From Eutreptiella sp. 'Long Island Sound 2002' (Eukaryota; Protista; Euglenida), in the NCBI GenBank assembly GCA_964036045.1, contig OZ038378.1:21886001-21950000 (forward strand): a stretch of 64,000 bases of DNA. Direction: 5' to 3'. The notes beneath the pieces were generated by a model. It made no database searches and was not told the origin of the DNA. It worked only from the letters and a program-made list of their open reading frames with translations. Below are positions 13,001 through 24,791 of this stretch, piece by piece. How positions within the stretch are numbered: the stretch's first letter is position 1; each line of letters opens with the position of its first letter. The position numbers and the translations under genes are program-made.

Positions 13001-16000
13001 AACATGTCGTCACCTGGGGGGGGGGGGGGGTTATGTGTATACTTTTTGAAATCTGCAAGCAAAGGCCATTTCAGAAATGTATGGGTTGGGGGGGGTCACA
13101 TTTTTCAGCGTAGCACAACACATTGGACCGTGCACACAAACATGGCACTGCACCGTTCATCCATTTTTTTTCTGAATCACTGTCATCGTCAGCATTCCCT
13201 TTTTCAGGCAGGGCTGGGACCCCATTAGGGCAGACATCCCCCTGTTGTGAAGCCTTGGTGGGGTGTGTCTTTCAATCCCAAAACTGGGCAGCAAAAGCGG
13301 TGGCCTCAGTCGTCGTCAGAATGTCATGCTCCTTGTGGGAGCATGCAGGTGGCTGTGAGCGGGAAGTACGGGGCTTTTTTGCCCGGCTACCAGGCTCATG
13401 CCGAGTCACCTGCACCCACTCTGCACCCCCAGAGCGAGCCCTTTTGGGCGTCAATGGCTTTTGTGGTGCATCCGGGGAAGCAACAGCCCGTGGCGTGAAT
13501 TTATATGAAGACCTGGCAGCTGCCTGTTGAAAAAAAGAGGCAGCAAGCAACACATGCACCGTCTGAAACGGACGAAAATCTCAAACATGTCGTCAGTACA
13601 GCATGCAGACCTGGGGTGTTCCAAATAGCCCTTTTCAGGGGCTTTCCGAATATACCCCACATACCCCCACCTCCGGAACACTCAGTGGGCACAAATGAGG
13701 CAACAATGGCACCGACCCCCCAAAACCCACAAAGTTGGCATAAAACCACCGTCCCCGAGAGATATGCGTCGTGTGTGCAGGCGCGCGCGCGTGTGCCTGT
13801 GTGTGCATGCATGTGGGTGGGTGACTATGGGTGCACTTTGCACTGTACAGAATGTACTATGCACCCCGCACCTTGTGCAACTGGCAGTGTGTGCTCCGTA
13901 CACATCCATACATCTTGCATGCTTTGCTGCGCAGCACGCAAACTCCACATTGTGCATGGTGAACATTAAAGGGATTTTGGGACTTTCTTGGGGATTGGTT
14001 GGTCAAAAGCACCTTCTTATGGCCCAAACTTGCCTTTTCGTTTTTTGTGCCCTTTGATGAAAAGAGTCATTTTTCAACTGATTTGGACGCATCGTCGATG
14101 CCAAAATGCGCCATTTGCAACGCCTGTTGGTCCTTGGCAATGATGTGCACGGGCCAAAGGTGGGTGATCATGTTCCCATCCCAGGTGGTCCCTAATGACT
14201 CACTTTAGACTCATTTCTGATCCCATGATCGATTCAACGCCACCCCTGTATGCGTGAAATGCACCACTTTTGAGTGCCAGACACGTGCTGCATGGTGTAT
14301 GTGCTGTGCGCGTGGCCACAAATGATGTTCCTCTTTATCCTCATCCACCACCAAGAGGGTCATAGAGGCAGTGTATGGCGTTCAAAGCCGCCCAAAACAG
14401 CCAAACGGTGACAACCTGCGGTTTTGGGGAAGGGGCCTTCTCGCGGCAGCTTGTTTACAGATCGAAGCCTCTGAGACCGATCAAGGCTCATCTGCAGTGT
14501 TCGGGGTCCTGTCATTGGTATTCCACGTGTACCTCCTGTCTTCACACCAATTACCACAAAATACGACCCCCAGGTGGTGCAATCGCCTGCATGCCATAGA
14601 TGCATGTCCCACCCCATCACCAGCATAATCGATAACAGCTAGAACACCCGTTTGTCCTGCCTCGAAATGCAATCTACACACGAACATTGCCCCTGCTGAC
14701 CAGGGCCCACACGTGCAGCACACCTGATGTAATCTTTCCTGGATACCAAATCAAGCCCTCTGGTGTCGGAGAGCATCCTACAACAGAAATGTGAGGAAAC
14801 ATGGAACGGCGGCTGAAGAGGAACCGAGGGTGGTCGTGGTGACTGATATGCACCCAACGGCGATGGGAAGACAAGCAATAATGCTTTAAGGCTCATGGGC
14901 AGAGTCCGATGCTGACCGATGGCGGCTTTGTCGGCAGTGCAGAGATGGAGGCCGGAGTGTGTTCGGTTTTTACCGTGTGGGCAGCAGAGCATACACAGGG
15001 CCGCATTCACATACGCCCGCATGCCATACAGTGTGCTGCAGCATAAGCTGTGCGGCAGATGGCGGAGGTGCCCTTCTGAGACCGTGTGCAGCGGCCCATC
15101 ATTTCCTGACAGAGCAACGTTGCTTTCCCAGTGCCCTGATATCCCTTGGAGGGAAACAAACGCACCGCGCGCACCGCGCATAACACCGCGCGCGCACCGC
15201 GCGCTCGTTTTTGAGTTGCTGTTTTACGCACTTCTGGCTGATTTTCAGTGTGGCAAAGACGCGGTGGCTTCAGGGGTTCACATACGACAACGGAGGCCTC
15301 CACTCCATCCTCCTCACCATTGCAATGGTGGTTGTAGCTGCCCACACCCCCTGCCGGGGGGGGGGCCGTTGAGCTCAAAGAGACCTCCTTGGCACGGCCC
15401 ACCACCGAGGAGGGTGCCCCGCATGGGTGCCCAAACCTGCGGAGCATTCGTTTCGCCACATTTGGCGTTTCGAACCTCACAGGGTGCTCATTCCCGTGAG
15501 GTGCCCCATAGGGTGCCCAATCCTATGAAACATTCGTTTCACGATGTTGGGGCATTGCACAAGAATAGCAAAAAAAGAGATGTGAGCTGTAATGCAAAGG
15601 ACCAAAATGGTGGGTTAATAAAACAACGCGCACCAAACCGTGCGCACCGCGCGCACACCGCGCATAGCACCGCGCGTTCGTTTCCCTCTTGGTGGGCTGC
15701 TCATCAGGGGCTGGGCATTATTTGCTGGTCTTCAGGCTCAACCAAAACCCACCCACCCCCGAGACAACAACGCATCCAAAAAGGTTTTGTTTTCGTGGGG
15801 TGCAGAGCAGGACATCGATAAGATTCATTGGTGCCACGCGACGCGCTGTGAGTGACTCGCTTGGCTCCGGTGTCCCTGCTTCCATGTTTGCAGTCGCGGT
15901 AAACCCAACTGCACACACACTTGAACACCGACGATTGGCGCACCAAAAGAATGCGGACACGCCCACCCTGCCACTGAAGCCACACGTATGCCCAATGGTC

Positions 16001-18140
16001 TGGCTTCCCAATGCCCTGAGAGCCCCCTGCACCTGCCATCGCAGCCAGACCTACGTCCGAGGCCGTCGCTGCTCAATGCCCCTAGAACACGTCTCAGCAG
16101 CCACACCTAGGAGCAGGTGCTGGAGCAAATACACTTCCTCCTCAGGGTTGACCACAGTATCGTCCATGATGTCATCAAAATACGCCAGATTGTCCAGGTC
16201 CTCGACCCCAAAATACTTGAGGGTCGTTGCTGCATAGTCCCGGCAGAACCGGACCTTGGGGACCTGACAACACACGAGGCAACCTCACAAGCGACCTGAA
16301 AGGGCATTTCCCGTCACTCCCGCGACGTGTCGTCGGGAAGGTGCACCACAGAACGCGCCATGCGGCCAGGGGTTGGGAGAGGGAAAGCAGAGCGCGAGCG
16401 GGCGGGTATGGGAGATGAGATCGGGAGAACGACAGGCAGCAACAGCCAAGAGAGAGCGGCAAGGGGTGAGGGAGAGGCAGACAGAGCGGAGCGCGAGGCA
16501 ATCAGGCAGAGAGAGCGAAGCCTTTGCACCTGTGCCTGTTCCTATTCCTGCGCCTGTGCCTAAAGCGGGGGTTGCACCACTTGTAGCCATATCTGGGTCT
16601 CCAAAACAAAGAGGAGCAAAATGGCTACATGAGGCGCCTTGTGCGCAGCGCACGCGCAGCACAACTATTTGGCCATCTGGCCCACCCACCCGTTTCTAGT
16701 CTGCGCCACAAGTGGGACAAGGTGGTAATGTGGTCGCGCACTACCACTCACAGATGTTTGCTCTGATGATGTTGCGTGGTTTTGCTCCCTCAAGGGCGCT
16801 GTTGGAAGGATGCCCCGCCACAATCCAAGCTCAATTGTGGTGTGGCCCCGAGACGGCAAAGGCCTTGATGCTTATTGCCGAGCGTGTGCCTGTGCCTACA
16901 TGCCGGTGCTTACACCAGTGTCTGTGCCGGGGATGGAGGTTGTACCCATGACAGTGCCAATGGCGGTGTCGGTGCCTCCGTCTGGGCATACGCCTGCACA
17001 TGTGCCGTTGTAACACTGCATGCACAGAGGGGCACGGATGTGCGTGCTTGAGGTGAATCACTAGGAATGTCTATGCACTCCGTGCACGATACGTGCAGTG
17101 CCCACGCGACGAAACCCAGCTAGGGAGGAAGGGAGGAAACCACTCTGCATTTATGCAGGCATCACGAGGTTCTTCATATCCCTGGTGGTCGGTGGCCGTG
17201 GCCAAGCGCAATCTGCTGTTGCCTGAGTGTGTTGGAAGATGGTGGCAGCCTTCTAGGGACATAGACACTTTGCCGTGACCTGATTGGGGCTCAAGTTGTA
17301 GCAGCCCTGTGTGGGCCGTTACTGATAAGCCGTGCTAGTGATTCGAGATGATTTGAGAACGCGGTTGCAGTGCTGGCTCATAAAGAGAATCCACAAAGGA
17401 TGTTGTTTACTAAAGATAGCAAGGCGGTGGCCATGAAGGTTGGAATCCGCTAAGGAGTGTGTAACAACCCAACTGCCAATTTGTTGTATGGTGAATGTAC
17501 AAGACGTCCGGTGATTCCCCATCATCATAATCCAGCATCCACGTATAACAAAGAACGTGCAGCAAAACGGGGTGAAAATGGGTTAAAATGGTCGAAGGTG
17601 GGTGAAAATGGGTGGAAATGCAAATGTGCCACATCCTCAATGCACGAGAAGCGAAAAAAGCCTGCTATGGAACAACAAACATATGAAAAAGGGCCAAAAC
17701 TAGGGTTCAAGTAGTTGCCAACAAACAAAATTTTGCACTGAATGCACACCACGTGTGCGCTGCGTGTGCACCGTGTGAACAGCATTCCCCCTCAGCCACA
17801 TGGGGCCCGCTGCACCGGCACGGTGGTGGGTGTAGGGGGTGCCGTACCTCTTTGGGAGCAAATTGTTTGAGAAAGCTCTTGTACCAACAAAGCGCTGCGA
17901 TCCACGCAAGCACGCCCCACAGAACGACAGGCACAAGGATGGTCTTCAGCGGCACCCCATCCGACCACCGCTTTATGACCGCCGTTGTGACGATCAGCCC
18001 CGCCCCAATGACAAAATACCAGAAGCTGTACAAGTATTGAACCACGGCCGCTTCGGCCACGGACCGACGGGGCACCAACCAACCCCCGAAGGAGAAGCTG
18101 ATCAGCAAACTGGGGATCCACAGCCGGCCGTTCTCCATGC
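10046..18140 (-). CDS. Multi-pass membrane protein of unknown function, partial gene; exons 18140-17848, 16263-16107, 12492-12275, 10321-10046
   Basis: All junctions are AG|exon|GT and phases join (1>0, 0>1, 1>0, 0>stop), giving ...MENGRLWIPSLLISFSFGGWLV...FAPKE|VPKVRFCRDY...QHLLL|VDSSVYYKL...KTFRMQ|PHTLQIVKWLCG...DHDA*. About 7 hydrophobic segments. A 37-nt exon at 20044-20008 (donor GTAAGA) may precede these. N-terminus not resolved. Confidence 0.75.
10556..10848. repeat. 13-bp minisatellite (GAGCCCTATGCCT-like) with forward then inverted copies
   Basis: gagccctatgcct/tagccctgtgcct/tggctctatgcct/cagccctgtgact from 10556 to ~10735; reverse-complement copies (gaggcacagggctgaggcgcagagcgaaggcatagggctc) at ~10767-10806 and ~10838-10848. 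Confidence 0.8.
11261..11288. repeat. (AC)n microsatellite
   Basis: Pure dinucleotide run. Confidence 0.95.
12780..13965. mobile_element. Long inverted-repeat (foldback / long-TIR Mutator-like) element inside an intron
   Basis: Perfect 23-bp IR at 12938-12960 / 13720-13742 and perfect 17-bp IR at 12913-12929 / 13751-13767, nested symmetrically. Weaker inverted similarity extends outward and inward. Outer ends and TSD not defined. Confidence 0.6.
15149..15688. mobile_element. 540-bp MITE with 15-bp TIRs and 3-bp TSD (PIF/Harbinger/Tourist-like)
   Basis: gagggaaacaaacgc (from 15149) versus gcgttcgtttccctc (to 15688), 14/15 inverted match. TTG at 15146-15148 and 15689-15691. Subterminal (gcgcacc)-rich motifs at both ends. 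Confidence 0.85.
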
Positions 18141-21100
18141 CTGCACAGAAGTGTGTGAAAGGGGAGGCAGGACTATGTGGCTGCCTCCCTTGCACACACC
18201 ACACATGCATCCGCCCCCTGCAGTGCGTCACCCCACTGCCATGTGGCGGAGTTATTCTGACGCTTTGGCCCCTGCACCGCTCACAACACAGTGCGGCAGT
18301 GCTGCATTGCTCCTTCTCATGGGTCTCCCCGTGACAAATGATCTCAATGCAACTGCGCTTTGCGGGGTCCAGGACAGTCAGGCCTTGTTCATGAGAAGGC
18401 CCGCCAATGCCGCTGTGGTACCCCCGACGTTCTGTGTGCGGTAGGCGGTGCGCGGATCAATGATCCGTGGGGCTCCAGCCCCCCCAACTTTGAGCCATGG
18501 ATCATGGATCACCCCCCCACACACACACACTGGGTGCCTCCTGATCCGCAAATCGACCGACCACCAATGGGAGCAACCTCGTGGGTTGTACCAGGCACCG
18601 ATCTGCACCTGCAAAAAGCAACCATTGCCAACGCCATTGTCACTGAGCAGGCTCTGCCATTGAACAAACCAAACTGGGCAACAAAAATGTTCAAACTGCA
18701 CCTGGTGATGTTGTGTGACGTGTAAATGGAAGCAAACAAATGAGTAGGGGAGGCAACAAGTGATCCACAAATTATTTTTGAAAATCCAAAATACACAGTT
18801 TGACTTGGTGTAAAAACAAACAAGTATCCATGAACAATTCTTAGAAAATAATACCACGCTTAGTGACATGGTCAACCGTCCATTGATCAACAACCTGTTG
18901 TTGCCGAAAAGAAAGATCCAACCAACCAACAAAGTTCCAAAATTCTTCTTCCAATGTCCAAATGAATAAAACCAGTTGCGGTGTTGCGGAAAAAAAACTG
19001 ATCCGAAGCCCAGTATAGCCTTTCTGCTGGACCTCTGCCACACGCCAGGCAATGTAATCAAGCTCCAGAGGATTCATCAAAAGAGCCACGCACCATCAAC
19101 TACCGTCGGTTCACCACCACCGTCGGTTAGGCGCCAACCGCAATTGGCTGACCAGCATTCTGCAACCCAAACCTTCGAATGTTCTTCGCAAAACAAAAAA
19201 AAGCAAAAAGAAGAAGAAACACGTCACTGCACCAACTAGCAACCGCGGCCAAAGCTGCAACACGACGAGGCGCTGCCTCTGCGGTACAGTATCACTTGGC
19301 CCTTGCCGCAGGGCTGCACTGGAAGGATAGGAGAGAGGGGGGGGGGGGGATTGGAATCCTGGGGGGGGGTTGACTGGGGGGGGGGGGGTCCTCCTCCTTG
19401 CTGAGCAGCCCACTAAAGTTGCTGAAGAATTCTTTTGTGTTTCGGCAAGCTACAAAGCACCCACACGTTTGGCACAACAGCGCGGAGTGAGCCTCGGGCA
19501 GAATTGGAAATGGGGGAAGGGGAAGGGGGGTTGGGCCCTTGGGGGGGGGGGGGGCGATCCTGCTTCTTCCAAACCAAAAAATACCGTTCTTATGCAGCCC
19601 CGCGTGGGACTCGACGTATGCAGCACATCCAATGGCCTTCCCCCGACCCATCACCACACGCCCAAGATGATCCCATAGCCTCGAAGACGGATGAGACGTG
19701 GGCGGGGCTTTCGCATGTGCGCACGAGGGTGTCGCAGAAGGCGGCTTGGGCACGAGGCACATACCAATGTCATGGAAAGCGCTCTTGACAAGGGGGGGCG
19801 CCACCAAATTGACGGACATTGCAAACTTGTACCCCATCACACCACAAACACAATAACATAGCAACACGCAAAAGAAGAAGACGGTTCCCAGCATTGGACT
19901 TCCACCTGCAGATAAGACAGCAAGAAGGGACACGCGCCCAACAGGAGATGATGGCCACAATCCAGGGGCGGACCTCCAAACGTGTGAATCTTCAACCGGG
20001 GTCTTACCCTTCTTTTTAGCAATTGCATGTGTCCCTGGCTGCAACTGCAAGAGGAGCACAGCGCAGTCCCGCAATCGTTCCAAATGGCGGTCATGACGAT
20101 GTGTCAGGGAGCACGTGACTATCGCTACTAGCAGACTGGATCAACAACATACCAACCCCCACTCTGTCCAAGCAACACTGGGGGTTGAACCGTCCGCATT
20201 ATGAAGTGTAAATTTGGTGGTGCTGTTTCCCAGAATTTGCTTTTGTGTGACATGCAGAACCGCTAACTGCCCAACAAAAGGTATCAGTCACGGGTGACCT
20301 TTGGGAACGGTTTTCCATTGCCTGTTTGTTTGTGCTTGTTTTGTATTTTGCACCTTGCAGGCCATGAAGGCCTGCGCACTTCCAACAGCTTCTTGATGGC
20401 CACTGGTGGTAGTGCCTGCGTTCTGGTCAGGGTGACAAGCTCCTGGACCACTGTCAAGACGTATGTTGTGACCGCCTGCACTTTGTTGTGGTTCTGGTTG
20501 TGGTCAAGCCAGGTCACACTGGTTGGGTATGACGGAGTGGATTCTTCATGTGCTGACTGTGCCGAGCCCGAGTTTAAGTGCGACTACCAAACCAAAAAAA
20601 ACAGACATGAAGACATTATTTCTCCCGTACATCACCCACTTGCTAATTCGGTGCATTTACGCTCCGTGTGTGTTCAACAGTCATAGCTTTCCAAGGCCAC
20701 TGGAGGAAATAGCCTGCACGTGGGGCATTGCTTACTACTTGCCTTGTTGCCTTGGACTGTGCCACTGCGTGCTTCTCGAGTGCAGAAATGCACTGCAGTG
20801 TGCCCAGCACCGAAGGAAGCTGTGGATAAATAGCTGTATGGCACCTCATATCAGCATGAAATCACCCAGCCCCCGCGTTTTCAAGGATGAATGGCTGCAG
20901 CAAACACACAGAAGATGTGTGAGAAACTCTTTGTGTCAGCGATGGCGAAATAGTCGAGGAAAACGAGCCCGTTGAGCCCAGTTCACATTGGCTGTTGTTC
21001 ATTACCTTGCCCTGAAAATGAAGCAAACTCTGGTTTGTCAATTTTTTTGGATCACTGCAGAGGACACATGGGACTAAATGGGATTAGACACATGGGACTG

Positions 21101-22963
21101 AGGCATTAGACTAATGCAAAGAGAGGGTGGAGGTTCTGCCCTTCATGTGCTTGCGGCATTCACTGCACACAACTTTTTGGGAAGACTACAAACATAGATC
21201 CACACTTCTACCACTGCTCACCTCTTCAGGCTAAAATTTGGCATAGCTTACGGGCCCACTCCATCCCTGAAAAGCGTGCCTATTGGCCCCGGATGCTTGA
21301 TGACGCCATGGTGTCATCATGTGCAAAATCTCTTGCAAATCAGTGGCCTCAAGCCCGCACACTGCCCTGCCGCTTCAACCCAACCGGACCCTTTCATAAA
21401 AGGTCGTTTGCGTGGCATGTGCGGATGAGGCCACCAAGACAATGGTAAGCTGCCAACAATTGTTATTTAGTGAAGGCTAAAGGCTTGCTGTGCTTCAGGC
21501 AGGCAGGGACAAAGATTCTGATGTAGACTCTTCCACAAAACTAGAAAGCAATTGCCAAGTGCTGTGGAAAATGACGTCAATAGTCACTCGGATTGTGGGA
21601 TTGTGTGGCTGGGGGCTTGGGCACTACCTTGGCTGCAGGCTTGACAGGGTGTTGTGAAGTGTGTATGGTTTGGGGCTTGCCAGCCTATTTTGTATCCTAA
21701 ATCCCCCTTGCGATACAGCGGTAGCCCCCCCCTCCCTGTGTCCAGCGAACAATAAAATCCTCAAAAAATACGGTGCAAACAGCAGTGTTCGTTGGATGCG
21801 CTATTCAGTGTGCACAAGAATGTTGTAAAACTCCGGTAACACATCGCTGGGCACAAGATACCCAGCCCATTCAAAGCACAATGCGATGGAGGCTTCCAAT
21901 TAGTACTTTTCAGAGCAGAAGCCCTTGTTGCGGTCCCGCTTCATCTTGAAAAATTGAACATGCTCCCCCGGCTTGGGGCTGCTCTTGGCACAGGCAGAAA
22001 TGGCAGCCACATCCGGCTCAGGCACCTTGGGGATGGACAGATTTGATGCTGTAGTTGAGGGATACCATTCCCTCACATCCTCCTTTACACAATTGGCCAC
22101 CATTATTGCAAGATGCATCACAACAGCCCCGCATTTCCCCAATCCTTTAGCCTGAAACCTCACTTCTGAAGCCCGGTACCTCATTGATTAGGTCCCAAAA
22201 AGATACGGTCCAAACAAAAGTGTTCGTTTGGACAACGCATTCGTTGGACATGGGGGGAGGGGGGGATGACGGAAAATAACGCAAACAAAACCTCGTGTTC
22301 TTGTAACAAGGGCGCTTTCTGCGCGCACCCTGAAAAAACACAAGCAGCAAAGCAATGCATTATCAGGGCCCAGACAGCCATGTCTATGGAGGTGCATTAA
22401 AGTCACGTACTGAACGTAGGGGCAAAAAGTGGCAGGACAGCAATCAGCAGCGCTGAAATGCCAGCCCCAGCCCTGAATCACAGGAAAAACTTGATCTCAC
22501 AGAGCACTAGAAGAAAGAACCAAAAGGAACCGGCAAATTCTACGGTTCCAAATGCGGTTCCGGTCTACGGGTCAGCCTGTTTAGGTCCTGCACGCTGTGC
22601 GTACAGGGATCAGCTCAGGGCTGGGCCACCGAGCCATCTCCCTCAGCCTTTCCCTCATTGTACACAGCGCGAGAGAAGGACCCGGGCCAAGGCCTTAGTT
22701 GTCTTCATTGTTGGCCCTTCCATGCCCCTCTCCCACAGCCCCAACCCTCTAAGGGGCATCGACGCTCTCCCCTGCCCCTCGTTGACGCTCTCCCCTGCCC
22801 CTCGTCCTGTGAGGACGCCACTGGCGGCATCAGTCTGGCGATGCCCATGGTGAAAAGTCCACGAGCCGTGGGAGCGCGGCGATGGTCTGGCCCCCCCGAT
22901 CCGTCGGGCCGCAGCTGTGCAGCCGCCTATGATGGACGGGAGCGGTGAGCCCTCCCGGATGAT

Positions 22964-24791
22964 CTAGCCCTCCCCAGCCCTTGCCTCTTTTGGGGCATGC
23001 TTGAGTTGATGCACCAGCCGCTTGCCGGCAGCCGCTAATCCGCTTGCGCTCCAAGGGGGGGGGGGGTCAACGGGTCGGTCCCCTTGGTGCCCCGCCGCTT
23101 GCGCCTTATCGTCCACCAGCGCTCCTCTTGGTGTGGAGGGCTCCTCTCTGGCCTTTGGCTGGGCCTCCAAGCCATGCCGTGGCACGTGTCTTTTCATGCT
23201 GCTCACCTGGCTGATCAGTCCGGGTTTGCACCCAGTCCCTATCTCCCTCCAAAAATTGCAATGGTATTCCCTGGTGTGAAGGTAAGTCGGCTTAGTTTGG
23301 ACTAGCCGACGTTCCTCCTGCGCCCTGTGGAAATACTTAGCAGCGTCCTCCACCCCAGGGTCAACCGTAGGGGGGGGGGATATCGCCAAACCCAATGGGT
23401 TCCGTGCGAAATACCAGCGGTGTGGCGAGTAGGGCGCAACTGCTCCCGGGAGATCATTAAGACCCCACAAGGCAAGCGGCAAGGCATAAACCCAGTCCAG
23501 CGTGCCATACACTAGGTATAGTCGCAAAGCGCTTATGACGGAGTGGACAGCTCGCTCCGCATGCCAATTACTTTGTGGCCTATGTACAACGGATTAGGAC
23601 GGAGGATGCGGTTCTAGGGGGCGCCCTTGCACTGCGCGCTTCTTTTAGACCGGGTTCCCCTTGAAGAGTCCCCAAGCACACACCCCCCAAACGCCCTTAT
23701 ATCACCTCTGCCTCAGGAGCATGTCCCACTGGGAGACCTCGTTCAGCGAGGGCACGAGGTGGTCCATATTCTACGAATGGGGGCACCACGATGGACCAGG
23801 GGGTGCTTGGTATGGCCGTCTAGCGTAGCCCTGCTGCCGACCGTCTCGGGATGACAGCATGGTACATCTTGGCTAGCACAAAGGATCTTTGGCGTTGATC
23901 AAGCCCATGAGGTCACCTTCGATTATAATACTTGGACGTAATACAGCACTTGGAGAGGATGCTAGATTGCCCCTCGGCCTCGATCATGATCCTGAGGCCC
24001 GACATTAGCTGTACCTGCTCAGGTTCCCCATGATGGGGAAAACAACATGGACACATCACCTCTGCCTTCTCGAGGTCCCATGGTGGGGAGAAATCAACGT
24101 AGGAAAGAGTGGATGTGGTGGAAATGAGCAAAAAAGTGTGAAAAAAGGTATGAATGGGTGAAACTAGGTGAAAATCCAAAAATGCCATATCCCCAACGTG
24201 GAAGAAGTATCAAAACCTGCTCTCAAACAACAATGATGCCCCCCTAGCATCACAAAGTATGGGTCTCTAGTACGGCCACACGCCCAAATAGTTGCGCTGC
24301 GCTTGCACTGTGCGCGCACTACGTTCAGTGCGCCCTCCTAGTCGCCTTACCTCTTCGGCCAAAGAAAGAGGCTCCCCATCACAGCTACTGTCACTAGAGG
24401 AGTCGTCCTCAACGACTTCAACTCACGCACATGCGGCGGCTCCACCCACCGTACCGCAAAGGCACCGTAAAACCGGGCTCCTTGACAAGGCACACGTGCA
24501 AAACGCTACAGCCATCGCCGCATGCCGCGCGCTGCGGCAACCCTCTCGCAACCCTCTCCATTTGCGATAGTCGTCGCATGCGCGGGGGCAAAATGTATTG
24601 CCCGGGCCCATAAGGAGCTGGATCCAAGCGCGGGTGGCCATCATGGGCGTACCTGCGGCAGATAGCCATGCCCTACGGACTTGCGGCAACATCGGCACTA
24701 CAGCGCCCCATGCAGCGGGCAGAAGCCCCCCGTAGTGCCTCTGCCTTTCCCGAGACCTCGGCGTGCTAGGGGCACCCCTTCCGCCTGACAT
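22964..24791 (-). mobile_element. Decayed LTR-retrotransposon (Ty3/gypsy-like) remnant with integrase C-terminal half
   Basis: Reading from 23584: HRPQSNWHAERAVHSVISALRLYL...WVYALPLALWGLNDLPGAVAPYSPHRWYFARNP. This matches the retroviral-type integrase HPQSNG.xER and W...LP.A....N...SP...FG motifs. Upstream sequence has stops and frameshifts. Segment 24423-24791 may be a gag-like fragment (weak). No LTR pair identified. Confidence 0.65.

Noticed and set aside
14919-15821. 300-aa plus-strand ORF
   Set aside because: It runs straight through a MITE with TIRs and TSD, has low-complexity composition and shows no domain; it is a chance GC-rich ORF.
18445-19020. Possible DNA transposon with repeated TGATCC motifs
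   Set aside because: The motif recurs, but no convincing TIR pair or TSD could be defined.
20294-20975. Hydrophobic plus-strand ORFs (also 762-1145) as membrane-protein pseudogenes
   Set aside because: The hydrophobicity is explained by G/T-rich strand bias, and no consistent exon chain was found.
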